From positions 6,944,001 to 7,008,000 of the forward strand of contig OZ176055.1 of assembly GCA_964247055.1 (NCBI GenBank): a DNA stretch of 64,000 nucleotides, read 5' to 3'. The notes under the pieces were generated by a model that had not been told where the DNA came from, made no database searches, and saw only the letters and a program-made list of their open reading frames with translations. Shown here in pieces: positions 35,916 to 51,500 of this stretch; position 1 is the stretch's first letter; the number at the start of each line of letters is the position of its first letter. The DNA is from Paragordius varius. Its lineage: Eukaryota > Animalia > Nematomorpha. A program made the translations under genes and the position numbers.

Positions 35916-36833
35916 GTGTAACTTTATTTTTATATTACAAATACAAAATTCATGGGAACAATCAGACCATTGAATATACACAACGGTTTATCACATAGTG
36001 CACCTGATTTTCCAAAGAAATAGCTCAAAAGGTTAAAATCATATAATATATAGAGTTTCAAATCATGCATAACAAGGCTAAGCTTGATTTAGCAGTTTAT
36101 ATAATTTTTGTTTATTGGCTAGTTTGCAGGATGAGAGCATTATGATGATGAGAATTCAATCTTTTTAAAATATGCTCTTTTATAAGAAGATAAAAAAACA
36201 TAAACTTCATAACACTTCTAATATTTTATTAGTAGGCCATTCTAGATTTTCTCCTAATATTAATTGAAAAATGTGTAATAATGGCCAATTTTTACTGATA
36301 TTAAAACCTTTAGAGCTAATCTAAATTACCAGAGTCCTGCCCCTTGTATGATATGGATGTATAAAAAATGCTCAAATTTTGTGATTTTTTGACAAAGATA
36401 AATTACCGCAAAAAAGTAAGTATTTTTAAAATGATTCTTAGGTCCAAAACTTAGAACTCCATGACTATCCTGATAAAGTTTTCTATTTTAAAATATATAA
36501 ATTTAAAAGTTTTGTTAGTATATATGATAAACTTAATCATATTATACCCAGAAAAACTTTTGCGTTAATATATTTTTATATAGATGAATCCCTAGAATTT
36601 AACCATTTATAAAAAAGGCAAATATGGAGTCAAGTTATATGTTGAAATCGAAGTCTGCAGCAAAAGAAAAAAAATCTTTCGAATACTTTAAAATTTAATA
36701 TTTATTTCCTACACTTTTGATATAAGTGTTCCCATTACAATACCTACCGTAGAAATAAACCGATATCTTTTAGCACATGTTAAAAGCCACCTGACGATTG
36801 TAGTATGTGCTTTTTCACCACCAATAAAATCAA

Positions 36834-39800
36834 ATGAGTGCAAACGTTATCGAAAATTTTTTGCTAGCAATCTATGAGAAGGATATTAAAAAATTATCAA
36901 AAACTGGTCAAGATTTAACTGAATATTTAAAATCAACTAATGTCCACATTGAAAATCAACAGATTCCTTTTTTTGTCGAGGGAATAATACCATGGTTACA
37001 CAACAGCAATTTCAGAGTATAAATTATATATATTCTTGTTTATTCCCAATGTTTTTTAAATAATTATTTAAATGTTACTTAATTATATAGGTTAACTTAT
37101 ATGGTTTGGAAACGTTATATTTATTAACAAAAATTAATAAAAAAGCCATGGCATCCCACTTCAACACTGGTATGCTATTTATTTAAACTTTCTTTAACAT
37201 ATATATACTTTTATCTTAATTCTTTAGTTATATCCGATATTATTGACAAGCTTGGCGACCAAAAAGAACAAGTAAATTTAATTTTAAATACTTTTTTAAG
37301 GTTCGAGATTCTGCTCAAACTCTGCTCATGGCATTTATCGATGAACATCATAATACACCACAAGTTTTAATTCTTAATGTTTTTTAACATATATATTTTA
37401 AAATTTATGTAATGATATTCTGAAATATTTTGGTTTAAAATATTTATAATTCTAAATAATTTTTACGGTAATTTAATATATTCTCTTAAAATATATGTGA
37501 TATTCACATCAATTTTTTAGACTTAAATCCATATTTTACCATTCTAATTGGGTTATTAACTGCTTGATAAATTATTTATGAAATAAATTAAATTTTATTA
37601 AGGATACCTCATTTATTCTTATAGTTTGTACATAATTATATAAATATCCATAACCCAATACAATTTTTAAAAGTTATGAAATTTATCTTTTTAATAGGTG
37701 GCATTGGAAAAACTTTTGCCCGCATTTTCGCATAGACAGTGGCACACTCGCGAACAAATTTTGATAGCATTCCAAAACCTTTTAAAAACGTAAAATTTAT
37801 TTCTTTATTTTAAAAAAAAATTTTACAAAAAAAATAGAACATATATATATATTATTTCCTATCATTTAATTGTATTTTTAATTATTTCTTTATTAAATAA
37901 TTAATGTTACAATGCACATAATTAAAAATTAATAGCTTTCCAATACATGTGCGCACCTTCCGTATAAAAATGTATTTTGGGGTTTGTTTTATTTTTGCCA
38001 TAGTTCTTTCCAATATAAAATAAAAATTTGAAATACTAATGTATGTAATTAGATAGAAAATTATCAATTTAATAAACTTAACTAGCTAAAAATGAAAACG
38101 GTGTAATATAGATAACCTTTTAAAAATTTCCTAAAGTAATAATATAAATTATAATAAATCCTAGATAGTTTAACTTGTATAAATAATTTTTTATACTTAG
38201 GATCTAAAGAATTTATAAAAAAAATCTGAATTTTTAGCGGCAACATTTTTGATATGAGATTATATTAATTTATATTTTTGGATTTTATTGGTATCCTCTA
38301 CATATATATATAGATGTTATATTGTAATTTGTTTCGGGTAAGAATTAATTAAAAATAATATAAGGACAGTATATTTGGTAATTTAAAAGGTTTTTGTAAA
38401 CTCCATTTTATATAAAATAAAAAACTGCCGTTTGAATAAAGTTTTTGTAAATTCGCCAATCATGAAAATTGCGCTTTTAGAAACCTTTACCAACATTTTG
38501 TGTGGTTGAAAAAAATCTGTTTTTCATTTATTCTATTTACGCATTCATAATTTTAAATTTTCGAATCCTTTTTTAATTTTTTGAGCGTTTTTTAGCAATA
38601 CAGTAAAAATTGAAATTATATGGACAAAACATAAAAAATTAAAGACAAATGTTTTTTTCCCAAAAGACCGGTGGTTTATTAACCTTGTTTTTTTTTAAAT
38701 TTAAAATCATAGTTTTAAATTGCAAAATATGAAATAGAGAGGTATATGGTTGCTCACTCAATTCGTATTTTACAATTGTAATTAAATGATTTACATAGCA
38801 AAGTTAAGGTCTAAAAAAGTATGGTTGTCCTTTTAGATAAAATATTTGTCTTTATGTTTTTAACATTTTGTCTGTATAATTTTAATTTTTAGTGTATTTA
38901 AACCCTATTTTTTTGAATTGTTATCGTAGTGAAATTTTTTAAAGATCATTGTGTGACACATTGTCTACGCATATCATTTATTAAATTAAGAATAGCTAAA
39001 AATTATTAAATGACCCATTCTTCTTATATTACATACTGTTAATTTAGATATGGAACAGAACACATATCTGTGTCTCGTTACGTGCCTTGCATTTGTAAAT
39101 TACTTATGGATCAAAATTCTCAGGTATATTTTTTTTTATTTTACAAAATTTTTTATGACAAATATTTTATACATAAGAAATTGTATCCAGACTATGGCTG
39201 TAGGGTTAAAAATATTTACTGCATTTTTTGGATTATATGAAAAATGATAATTCATTAAATTTAGTTTTATAATGAAAAATATCCTGGCTTTAAATATACG
39301 GGAAAAATTTAAATAGGGAATAGATATGTTTTACACACTACACTTAATATTAAAATTTTAACTGTAATTATATAGTTTTTAGGTAAGGAAAATCAAAGTT
39401 TAAAAAATGGCTGTCTTTTAAAAACTATATTTGTCTCTTAATTTTTAAATTTTGTCTCTATAATTTTATTTTAATATTTTTATCATACTATATTTTGTCA
39501 AATTAAATAAAAGGTTCGAGAACAAGCGCACAATGCATTAATACTCATCTATCAACATGTGGGTGAACGCTTTAAAATGGATCTGAAACGCAAAAATTTG
39601 ATCCCAGCTGCCAAGTATTATTAATTAATTTAAATATAAGTGATACTCAAATCGTGGCAAATTATTTGTTAAATTTTTTGATGTACTAATTTTGAGCATA
39701 AATATTTGTTGCAAATATGTTAAACAGAGATATGAATTTTTTTTCAGTATTATGTGGTGCACTACGCTTGAGGCAAGATAAGTAGTTTTTTCGGAACTTA

Positions 39801-40073
39801 ATTAATTATATTTTATAAAGTTTCACATGTATATAATATGATACAATTTAAATCAGGGATGTTTAACATGCTGCCCTCCGTGACTTGATGTTCGACCCGC
39901 GAAAAATAATTAATTAGCAAAAATTATGCTCATAAAAAAATTAATTTTTCCCAAAAATTTTTGTAAATAAGTATATTCGATTGGTAAAAACTAGAAAAAA
40001 AGATGTAATATTCCGTTGGCATTTATTAGTCTTGTTTTATTAAAATTACATAAATTATTTATGAACGTCCATA

Positions 40074-40112
<39 letters not shown>

Positions 40113-40648
40113 AGTGCGGTCCGCGAAGTTTGTGTTGGACACCCCTGATTTAAGCTTTTATTGGCTTTATACGAATATTATTCCCGTATTAGATCATATG
40201 TAAAAATTTATATTTGTTTTAATGTTTGAGTGAACACTTTTGAAATTATATTTTTAAATTTAGTTTTGATCTATTCATAGGTGCAAATATCTATATTTAG
40301 AATATTTTTCAAATGGATTACTAAGGCAAACATTGGCTTATTTGTCTATTATTAGTTTTAAATAGCAAAAAATAAAATATATGCTTGTTTGTTTTGTGTA
40401 GATCTAGCGTGATTGATTATTATATTTTTTCTTAATAATACAATTTATAAGGTCAATCATTCGTTTTCTTATTTTACAACTATTTAGTGTATCCGACCTC
40501 AAATAGACTAAAATAATTTTAGCTTTAAACATAATCATTTGTTTCCTTTATAATTTTACGACTATTAATCCGTCCACATTTAAAGAATCATAATAAATGT
40601 TAAACCCTCGAATGAAAGTTTATTGTAATTCGTATTGCCATAAAAATG

Positions 40649-40686
<38 letters not shown>

Positions 40687-43600
40687 AATTTTTAAACACT
40701 GTATATAATTATGTAGGCCAATTTACATTAATTTTATCCAATTAGCAATACAGTTGCGTATGGGTAAAGTTAACTATAAATTGAAATTAAACAAGATTTT
40801 CCTACCTTACAACATTAAATTTTTTTATTTAATTACGGGAAAAAATGTTTTATCTCATACGTTACCGTATTACTAAATGTTGAATTTAAATGTGCATACT
40901 GTATATTTACTAAATAGGATCTATAAATTCTTTTGTTTACCAAATATATACTTAAAGTCTTTTAAGAATGAGTTTTATTCACTTGCCGGTTCTTGCTTAA
41001 TTTATCTTTTGCCTTTTGAATTGTTTTTTTGTCATTTCTGTATGATAACAGAGATTTCGATATTAAATATAAATTTTCATCCTTAACATTACAATATTCT
41101 GGTCGGAGTCTACGAATTTTATTACACTTGTGCATAAATGAGAAATAATTTTGCAAATCGAAATTTCAACGTGAAAGATAAATATTATGAGAATTATATA
41201 CCCACTGCAAATGTTTATGCGTTGGGCCGCTAGTTTTCCTTGAAAAGTTCAATAGTAATTTCAAGTTTGACAAAAAGTGAAAATTATATATAAGTAGAAA
41301 TATATTGCTAAAATATGATAGTTTGAAAGTTATTCGATATTTTCCATTGATAAGGAACACTCTATATCAGGCTTATATTTTCAACTTTTATAATTAGGTA
41401 TATAATTTACCAATACTTTCTTTGATTGCTGCTTTTATGTATTTTTTTATTCCTCTCCAACTTTCTAGTGGTATATATCTTAGTGTGGCAGATTTAGTGT
41501 AAAAAATGTTTCAGTATAAATATTGTGACCAAATATAAATGACATTTTTTGTTTCGTCATCATATATCATCTTAACTTTGAATAATATATATTTTCATTA
41601 ATATTATTTAAAAATTAATTAATTGATTTATATGTATAAAATAAATATTTGTTTCCAGACTTGCCCTGTTGATGGAAAAATTCGAAGAAATTCGCGATTC
41701 TGGTCACATGATAGCAAAAGATTCAGGTATAATGGCATTTTTATAATCTAATGTACACATAAAATTTTTTGCTAGAGTAACGTAAAAACAATATTATTAT
41801 TATATAAATTTTTACATGTTTTTAAATATGCAATTTTCATACTTAATTTAAATGAATGACCCTAATTTTTAAAAGAAACAGTTGATAAAATGTTATTTAG
41901 TTTTCCAAAAAAAGTTTTTTTGCAGCCTAATTAGGATTCTAAATTTGCATTTTTTTTGCAAATAGAACCAGAATTAAAATAATATAAAAGTCTTCTAAAT
42001 TTACATAATTTACCATAGCTAACAAACACCATTTATCTTTATTAATTTTTACTTACTCTCTTGATACTTTATATATATTGGCTCTACACTATAATTTTTC
42101 CCATTTCTCTATTAATGTCCTTTTTCCGTTTATAAGAATAATAATAATATGAGTTTTGACATTGTCTCTTGTGTTTTTGTCTTCAAGGTAACTCAATATC
42201 TTGCAACAAAAACGAAGCAAAGTTGTTAAGACCTTCTGTCAAACAGTTTAGTTTGTTACCATTTATTTATATTAATTTTTTTAGCATTTTTTAAACCGTT
42301 TTCAAGGTTTTTAAGTAATTTGAGATTATACGGACAAAACGTAAAAATATAGAGACAAATTTTATTTTCTAAAATACAACCATACTTTTTTAATCTTTGT
42401 CATTTAAAATATAACTAATTGTTTTAAACTGTAAAGTATAAAATATAGATGTAAATCGGTAACACAATCAATTACATATTTTACCATTAAATTAATATAT
42501 ACTAAGTTTTGAAAAAGTATGGTTGTCTTTTGAAAAAAAAAAATTTTGTCTTTATTTTACGGTTTGTCCGTATAATTTCAATTGTGATTTAAATTTTGTA
42601 AAAGATTTTTTAAAATATGCAGATTTTATGTCAAACATTAAAGTTAATATATATAATTATTATATCAATCAATGATAAACCATACATATTGTTATTGTGC
42701 GTATATGTCATCCTCATTACATATTATAAAAGCAATAAATTATATTATTACATTTACTATTTTAAACGTTTATTTATAAAAAAAAATGCAATTTGTTGCA
42801 TTGAAAATAATATTCCATACCTTAGAAATGTACCTTTCTTTCTTTTTATGTTTGTTTATGAATCCATATAAAAAAAATGAAAATTTAAAGTTAAGCTTTA
42901 TATATATTATATAATTTTCAAACCAATTTTATAATGCAAAAAAAAGTAACCTTGTGAATGTGAATATTATGTGCAGTATTGAAATATTATTCTTATCAAT
43001 TATAAAGGTATAATATCGAGTAAAATAATAAAATAAAAATAATTTTTTTTAACCACACACAATAGGTATAAAATATGTTTGAATGATGCATTTATGGAAA
43101 AGGTATACATATATATCTATTATTCCATACTAATTAAATTAAATTATAAAACTAATTATATATGGAGGAATAAAGCAGCTAGCTTTTAAATCTTAATTTA
43201 TTTTTAAATTAAACTAAACTTTAATGTTTATTTCTATTTTTAAGATAAAGAAAAATATACATACGTATTTCCGCTATATTGAATTTGATTTGATTCGATA
43301 TCGATTTTCCCACACGTTTTTCTTATACGTAATTTAAAGTTCCAACGATTGAAATTTCCATTTTTTTATTGACCAGAGGTGAAATGACATTTTTTACTAA
43401 TTACTATTCTGATTTATATATATGACAAATGCAAGGTAAACTCAATATTATTGCTTTTTATTTAATGATATTAACAGTTTATAGTTTTTCTAGTCTTTTT
43501 CCAAATATTTTTAATTTTTTAAAACAATCAGGAAATTTATTTTGACTATTTTGGATTTATACATCAAAAAAATATATATATAATTTAGTTTTTTAAAATT

Positions 43601-46600
43601 TTTCTTATAAGTTGCAATTTTTATCCCATAAAAAAATGAATAATCTAATTTTTATTATAGTTACAAAAAAATTAAATTTCCTATCCTTGAAATACTTTTT
43701 TTATTGTTATGCAATATTTAATTGTAACAATATACATACATGTATTTATTTATCCTTTTTTACATCTCTATATCAAATAATCTTAATATCGCCGCCATGT
43801 GAAATTATATTTTGTTTAATTAATGTTAAAACACCCAATTTATATGTTTTTATAGCTTTAAAATTTGTTTAGATTTACATTTTCATTGTTCATAATAGTT
43901 TTGGCCATATTATTGGAACTTTAAATTAAATTAAAATATCTAGTTTTCAATTAAAAGTTTTACAAACCATCAATTTGAGTGTAGCTCTTTTCCTTTTCAA
44001 TACAGAATGAATTTTAAAGTTTATTTATCTTTTCAAATTATAGAATAGATTTTAATTCTCTATAAGCATTTAAAAAACCAAAAAAATTATTAATTTCAAA
44101 TAGATCCCTGAAAAATTTTGAATGTTTTGTTAAAAATGTTTTAGGACACATATTATTTGGAAATATATATGGAATTATGTAATATAATACCTCTCGAAAC
44201 AATCAGAAATCATAAAAGCACTCAATTTGCAGTTTTTGCATGAATAGTTTCTGGAATTCTCAAAAATTTTATCATTACTAAGATTTAGAAATGTCATTTT
44301 TTAATATTAATTCCATGAATTTATTTAAAATTTTAATTATTCCTCATGGTGTTGTTTTAGTCCGTCGGTTGGGCCCGATCATTTATATCCATAATTATCG
44401 TGTTATGCCCGCTTGAAAAATAACCAGTCAAATTTTTTAACACATATTAATCAAGTGATAAATATTATGGTATAATACTTTTACATTTAATGGGTATGAC
44501 TTCAATTTTAAATGATTTTTCTATGGGTAGCTTTTTTATCACTAATTATCAATTTTTATCTATTGATTATACTTTGTTTTCAATTTTGTTTCAACGTAAT
44601 ATTTCCGATGGCAGAATTAATCAATCAATAAGTTATTTTAACTATAATTAATTGCCATCTTTAGCAGACACCCGGTTCATTTTTTTAAACCCAACCCTGA
44701 GTCAGTAAAATCAAAATTAATATTTTCATTTTTTTGCAGTTTTTCACAGCGTAAAATAAATTAAACACGAATAATATTAAAGTAATTATGATCGCTTCGT
44801 TTAAATTTGTTTCTCTTAGCAAGTATTTAAATCGAAATTTAATCTTTTTTTTGTACAACGGCAATAATTATGAAAACATTCAAATTTTAAGGGCTTAATT
44901 TTTATCAAATGAAATTTATCTTTCTTTAAATTATCTTCAAAGCCTTTTTATGGAATTAACAAATTTTATGTTTTTTTAATACCACTTTTTATCAAACACG
45001 ATAATCTAATCAATCTTCTAAAATTTACGGTTTTATATTTTATGACAAAAGAATTTTCAGAATTATTACAGGAATAAAGTTATTTTGCAAGACTTTCTTA
45101 CTTTTATTATTGATTTAATAATAATTGATTGATGTTTTTTTCCATCTTTTCTGCTGTAAAAACGGCAAATATTTTTACATAAAAAATTTTATACATATAT
45201 TAATTATAAAGGTTAATCCCATATTTATCGGTTTCTTATCCGCCATCTAATATTTTTATCATGTGGTAGTGCGCTAAAATAAGAGTAGATCCCCTTCCCC
45301 CTCTCAGTTTTTTATTAGTGTCATTTTTTTAATAATAAATATTTAAAAAAATCTTACAAATATACTTAAAATAAAAAAAAAGATATTTTTGCTGTTTTTG
45401 GCTCATATTGAGGATACCGAAATACCACATTTATTATTTATTAACTAGGATTGATAGAGAGTGTTTAAAAATCGCAAAATAGTGCATTCGATGATAATCA
45501 ACATGAAATTTAGTTTATGGGGGTATTTTATATTTCCAAAAACTTTACAGAGTATTCACTGTATAAATATATATACTTTTGTGCGCAGCTTATTTAGAAT
45601 CCACCTCTTTTCAATAAAGAAAGATTTTTGAGCGCACCTTAATTGGTAAAATTCCAAATTTATGCATATGTAATGCAAATTCCTTCTCACAATATATAAT
45701 TTATTATTTTTTTGCCCATTTTTAATCATAAGTTTGAAATATCACCAATTTATATTTACCTGTTTTCATTAATTTTAATATGTAACTGATAAATTTAAAA
45801 TTTGTTTTATTTTAACCTAATAATGACTGACTTAATTAAACCATCTAAAAGAATTGGATTTTATTGAATTCATTTTTAGCGTATGTTATGTCAACACTTA
45901 AATAAGGTTTTTTTATTTCTTAATTAAACTTTCAATATTAATATATTTAATTGTAATTAAAGTATACCATTTACAATTCAAATTCACACTTGAACAATTT
46001 TAATTCACCCTTTTGAACCTTTCACCCTAAACATTTATTATGTTTTCGGGCTAACACAACTCATCATTAATAAGAAATATAATTTTACGACATAGTTTAT
46101 TATTTTTTGCATTATATCAATTTTAAACGGAATTCATATTTTAAAAATATTAAAAAATAAAGGTAATTTTTGATTTTAAAAAAACACATAATTTATTTTA
46201 GGGTGAATTTGAATTGTTCAAGGGTCATTTGAATTGTTCAAGGGTGAATTTGAACTATAAATGGTATATTAAAATCCTGGCAATCAATTAGTAATTGGTT
46301 AAGTCCATGAAAATATTTTCGCCTAAAATGTTTAACTAAATATTTTTATATAATAAAATATTTTTTATCAATCTTCCAAATATTATATAGGGTATTTACT
46401 ATTTTTATTTTTTTAAAATTTATATTTTTTAATGACTTAAATCATTAAATAAGTCTTTTTGTCTCAACTACTCAACTATTTGATTGTGCTGGGGTTTTTT
46501 TACCCCATAGATCTCATCAGTATCATGTTTATTGGATATAATAAAATTCCACTTTTTTCAATAATAAATAACCTAAAACATATAATTATTTTTCCGTCAT

Positions 46601-48512
46601 TATTATCAATAATAACACTAGTCGACAAATTTGGACATTTTTGAGCACCATCACTCAAACTTTTAAATTATGACTGATTTCAGTGTTTTAAAACCGAATG
46701 TGAAAAAATTTTTGATCCCGCCAATAAGAATTTTGAAATATTATAGGTTTTTCAATTTTTCAAAAACAAGAGAAAATCGAGAGAAAATTAAATATAACTT
46801 TATAATAAAATGTTATTATATTTTTAAACTCTATCTTTTGAATATAAATATGTCATTTAAATTTCAGAGAGAAAAAAATAGTACGGACTTAAACGTCAAA
46901 ATTTATTCTTTTACTTTCAAGTAAATTTTTAATACGTATAAAAATTTTTTAAAAAAATACTAAAAAAGGCATTCTATGGTTTAAATTTTCGGCTTTTAGA
47001 TAGGCTATATTTTTTTGTTAGTTTTCGTCCTTTCGAGTACTTATTAGGCTTTTTTTCTTGAGTTGGTTCTTACAAAAAATCCTTTATTTATACCTAGTGG
47101 ATATACTTTATTTTTTAAAAATATTGGTTGTTTTGTATTTTTAATTTCAGATGGATGTTGTGTAGCCACTTTTAGTAGAATTTACTGTTATGGGGTTGGA
47201 CCATTTGTATTTACCTAATTTATATTCAATTTAATTGTAGAATTTATCTAACTTTATTCTGTAAATTGGTTAATTTGACATGTCAATTTGCCACGATTTT
47301 GCTTGCAAGTCTCTCTTATCGAACTTTACGATTACTTATTGTTATCTTTGCCATATCTGGCATAATAGGATTGCTTGGGGGATATGCAGAGTTTGTGCAG
47401 CCGCCCGGATCTATCACACAATACATAAGCCCCTTTTAGATTTTTAATACTTTGGCTCTTAGCTTGTTTAGTATCTTATTTAATGCCTAGAATTTTGTTC
47501 ATGCATGGAATATTACTTGTATCGACTTGTTCGTTTGAATATTTAAACATATGTACACAAGGAATGATTGTTATTTTTAAATTAAATACAAATTTATAAA
47601 TTAAATTTCGGAAAAATCCTATTGGTGGCCTCAATTTTCTTTTTTGTTTTGGCCTTTCCATGCCATTAGGTATTAGAAAATGCAAAAATAATGGGGTGGT
47701 GCAAAACCTTGTTGAGCAGTGTAATCCATTTTTGTAATAATTATGTCAACACAAAAAATATTGTATTCCACAATCTAATCTGCTCAATAATATATTTTTG
47801 CTTTTATATGATTTTATTATTTTGACATGTCATCGCGAAAGCGAAATTCCTCAGCTCTATACCATCATATAAAATACTTATGTGTGTAATCTAACAGTTT
47901 ATTTTATTAATTATATATCGTTAAAATATAATTATATATATATATATATATATTTATGTGGGACATATTTTTGCATGCATTTAATATTTTATATGATTGA
48001 GACAATTTAAAAATATTTAACTTTTAGTAATAAAAATGTAAAGAGGGTTGAATTTACGACAATTATTGATAAAACGTATAGTACCAATAAAATTAAAAAG
48101 TTCAAACTTTAATTTATATATAAATGGGCGAAATATATGTATTAGCCTCTCAGTTAAGCCTAACTCCGTGTGAAAATAGGTTTACTTTTTAAAAAAAGTC
48201 CAAAAAATAGTGTCTTATAGCTTATATTTCATTTTTCGTTTATATTTCTATATAGATTAACATTTATATTAACTGCTATTTATAAGGTAACATGATAATG
48301 GTTAATTTTAACCGTAAGTTATTTTATTTATTTTTTTAAAAATTTTCACACTTTTTTGTCATTTATTATCCGCACATTATTTTTAATAATCTTCCCCAAT
48401 GGTAAATTGAAATTCTCGTTTATATGAAATCTCACTATTTGTGATTTATTATAGAATCAACTATCTATTTTTAACGCCTCTCTATTGTTAAATTTAAAGA
48501 TATTTTTTATAA

Positions 48513-48572
<60 letters not shown>

Positions 48573-51500
48573 ATTGTTTGAATGGGCTTGCAAATAATTA
48601 TAATGGAATTTGTGGTTATTTTTTTTGTTTCACTGTTTCTTTTAAATTTTGAAGTTTAAATGTTTTAATATGGGATTTTTCTAATTTAATTTTTATCAGC
48701 GTAAGTGTTTTAAACAACCAAATTATTTTAAGATTAAAAAAGTTACTTTATTAGTATTCGGTTAGCTTTTACACCATTTTGGATATTATTTATTATATAT
48801 ACCGTTTACAATTCAAATTACCCCTTGAACAATTTAAATTAACCCTAAAATAAATTATGCGTTTTCAGGTTAATACAACTCATCATTTATATGAATATAT
48901 TCTTATGGCATAGTTTATTATATTTCCAGTATTATATTAATTTTAAACAAAATTTTATTTTTTGAAACATGTCATTTTTTGAAACTCATATAGAAATATT
49001 TTTAATTTTTAACACACAAAAATTTTAGGGTGAATTCAAATCGTTCGAGGGTGAATTTAAACTTGGTATAATAAGGAATATCGATAGGCTTTACTTTACT
49101 CCAAAATTTGACTAGATTGCATAAGTTGTTGTTCAAAAAAATTTAAACAAGATTGTGCATAATATAATTAGGATAAAGACAATGATAATTATTATTTTTT
49201 TCACTTTCAAAATTATCATCTTTTGAAATTTGATATCTTGTATGTTTCAACATTTTAAACTAAAAATTATTTTACCTATATATCATTGGTTCTTACAGAG
49301 TATTTCGATTGGTGATTAATAGAGAAATTTTGATTTTTTGACAGTTTACTTGATAATATCAAAAAGCTTTTTATATAATAAAATTATAAAATTTGCCGAA
49401 AGTTACTCAAACTGTACAGTAAAGTATGCATGCAGAAGATAATTTAAACATACACATAACTGTCATAATTTATCAAGGTAATAATTATATTTCAAGTTAA
49501 ATGAGAAGATAAATTTGATTTGACTTAGGTGCCTCAAGGCAAAAAAAAAATCTATTAAGCAAAAAGACATAATAAAAAATTACTAAACACACATATATAT
49601 ATATATACAAATTTACAACAATATTGGGAAATATTTAATAATTCAGCATATTATATAATAAACAAGAGAGATGGTTAAATAATTAACATAAATTATGGTT
49701 GCCAAAAAACCCCAAAAAAATATATAATATATTTATATTAAACTATAAATATACCAGTTTTGAATGCGACGCAAAAATAAAAAACATAATTTTTTACGAG
49801 TTTTTATTTTCTAAGAAAGAGCACTTAGTAAGTCGCATTTTTTCTACGAAAAATTAAGAGTGTCATACTTTCTTCAAAATATACAAGGTAAACTTGCAAA
49901 AACATTTATTTTTAAATATATTTAGCAATTGTTTAAATTTGTCACATTTAATATTGAAAATTAGGAAAAATAAAGTAACTATATAATTTATATGGTAAGA
50001 ATACGTATTTTAGAGTACAATTTATGCTTGATTAAACATAATCATATATATAAAGATTATTAATATAGATAATTTTGAAAGTATTTGTTTTATCGTTAAA
50101 AAATAGTAAAATTTTGATTACATTATTAATGCAGACAAAGTAAATATTATAATATGTTTCATAGGAACTTTACGTAGTTTCACATCTTAGGTGTTGGTAT
50201 TTACAAATTTAGGCATTTTAAGTTACAATAGCGCTAAACAAAAATAGACTTTTTGTAGCCATTTTAAAACCATAAAAAAAGTTTGAGTTGGGTTAATATC
50301 TCCAGAAAAGTATCCTTGAAACATTTCTAATATTAGATTTAGAAACCTTTTGGATATAATTGACAACCTATATTTTTTACATTTATAACATTGTTAAATC
50401 GATGCAAATACAGGCCAAATTTTTATATTCATACTAATACTCAAATTTCATAAAAATCATTACTAAGAAATTTTTAGTCTAAAATTTATTTCTTATCTTT
50501 TAAGTTTGATAGACACTATACCGATATCATGAACTTTTTTTTTATATGTTAAAAAATTTATAACTCCTCTAATGACATATAAATTTAATTCTTTTTAAAG
50601 TTTTTTGTGTGGTGGTAACAATTATGTAAATTCTGTGTCTCTAGCTATTTACTAATTTCTTGTTTACATATGTGTGCAATGTATTTATTTATACCGTTAA
50701 ATTATCATAATACAAATATGTATAGGATTCGTCTTATATGCAGAATGTAACGCAAGCGTGGAGGGATTTTTACAGTTTAAACTAACTACTATATATATAG
50801 TTTTTGACAATTTTTTGACTATTTTTATGTGCCTTTTTAACAAATAGACAAAAATCGCATTCTACGTATTCCTTTTATTTTACATAACTTACATATAAAG
50901 TCACATTTTGAATAACATTAAATTACATACATACATACATATACTTACTAATACCAATTAACCCATAAATCATCACAATATTGTTGTATCACAGGAGAGG
51001 GAGAGAGTGTTATATTCCATTATATTTTGTTGGAACATTTATGATTTTTTTATTGACAAAATTTATATGGTAGAAACGAAATGAATAAAAGTTATTCAAA
51101 AAATAGTTTTTTTTTAACATAATTTATTTATATTTCTTTATCCGTTCATTTCTGGTTTTACACTTAGAGAAAAAAAGCTAGTTGGTTATATTATTCATTG
51201 ATTATTAGAGCATCAGAATATAAACTGTGGGCTGAGTAAATTATATTAGGGATATCCAATATGCGCGCCAAAAAGTTTTCTAAAAAGTGTTAAAAAAATA
51301 ATTTTTGCTTTTTTCCCGTAACTTGGAATTTAAATTAAGTAGTCACAAAGATTAAATGATTAATTCATTTATGTTGTTTAAATTAGTAATCGGTCCAGGG
51401 CTTTCGAAAGATTAGGTTCAATTTTTTTCCCAGAGAAATAAAAAATTTTTTGCAGAATAATTATACAAAAACATTTTTCTTAGGTGACAAACTTGTCTAG

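Noticed and set aside
47140-47720. Possible extra exons or nested gene in the long CLASP intron
   Set aside because: Acceptor-like site at 47151 runs into early stops in every frame; no family similarity recognised.
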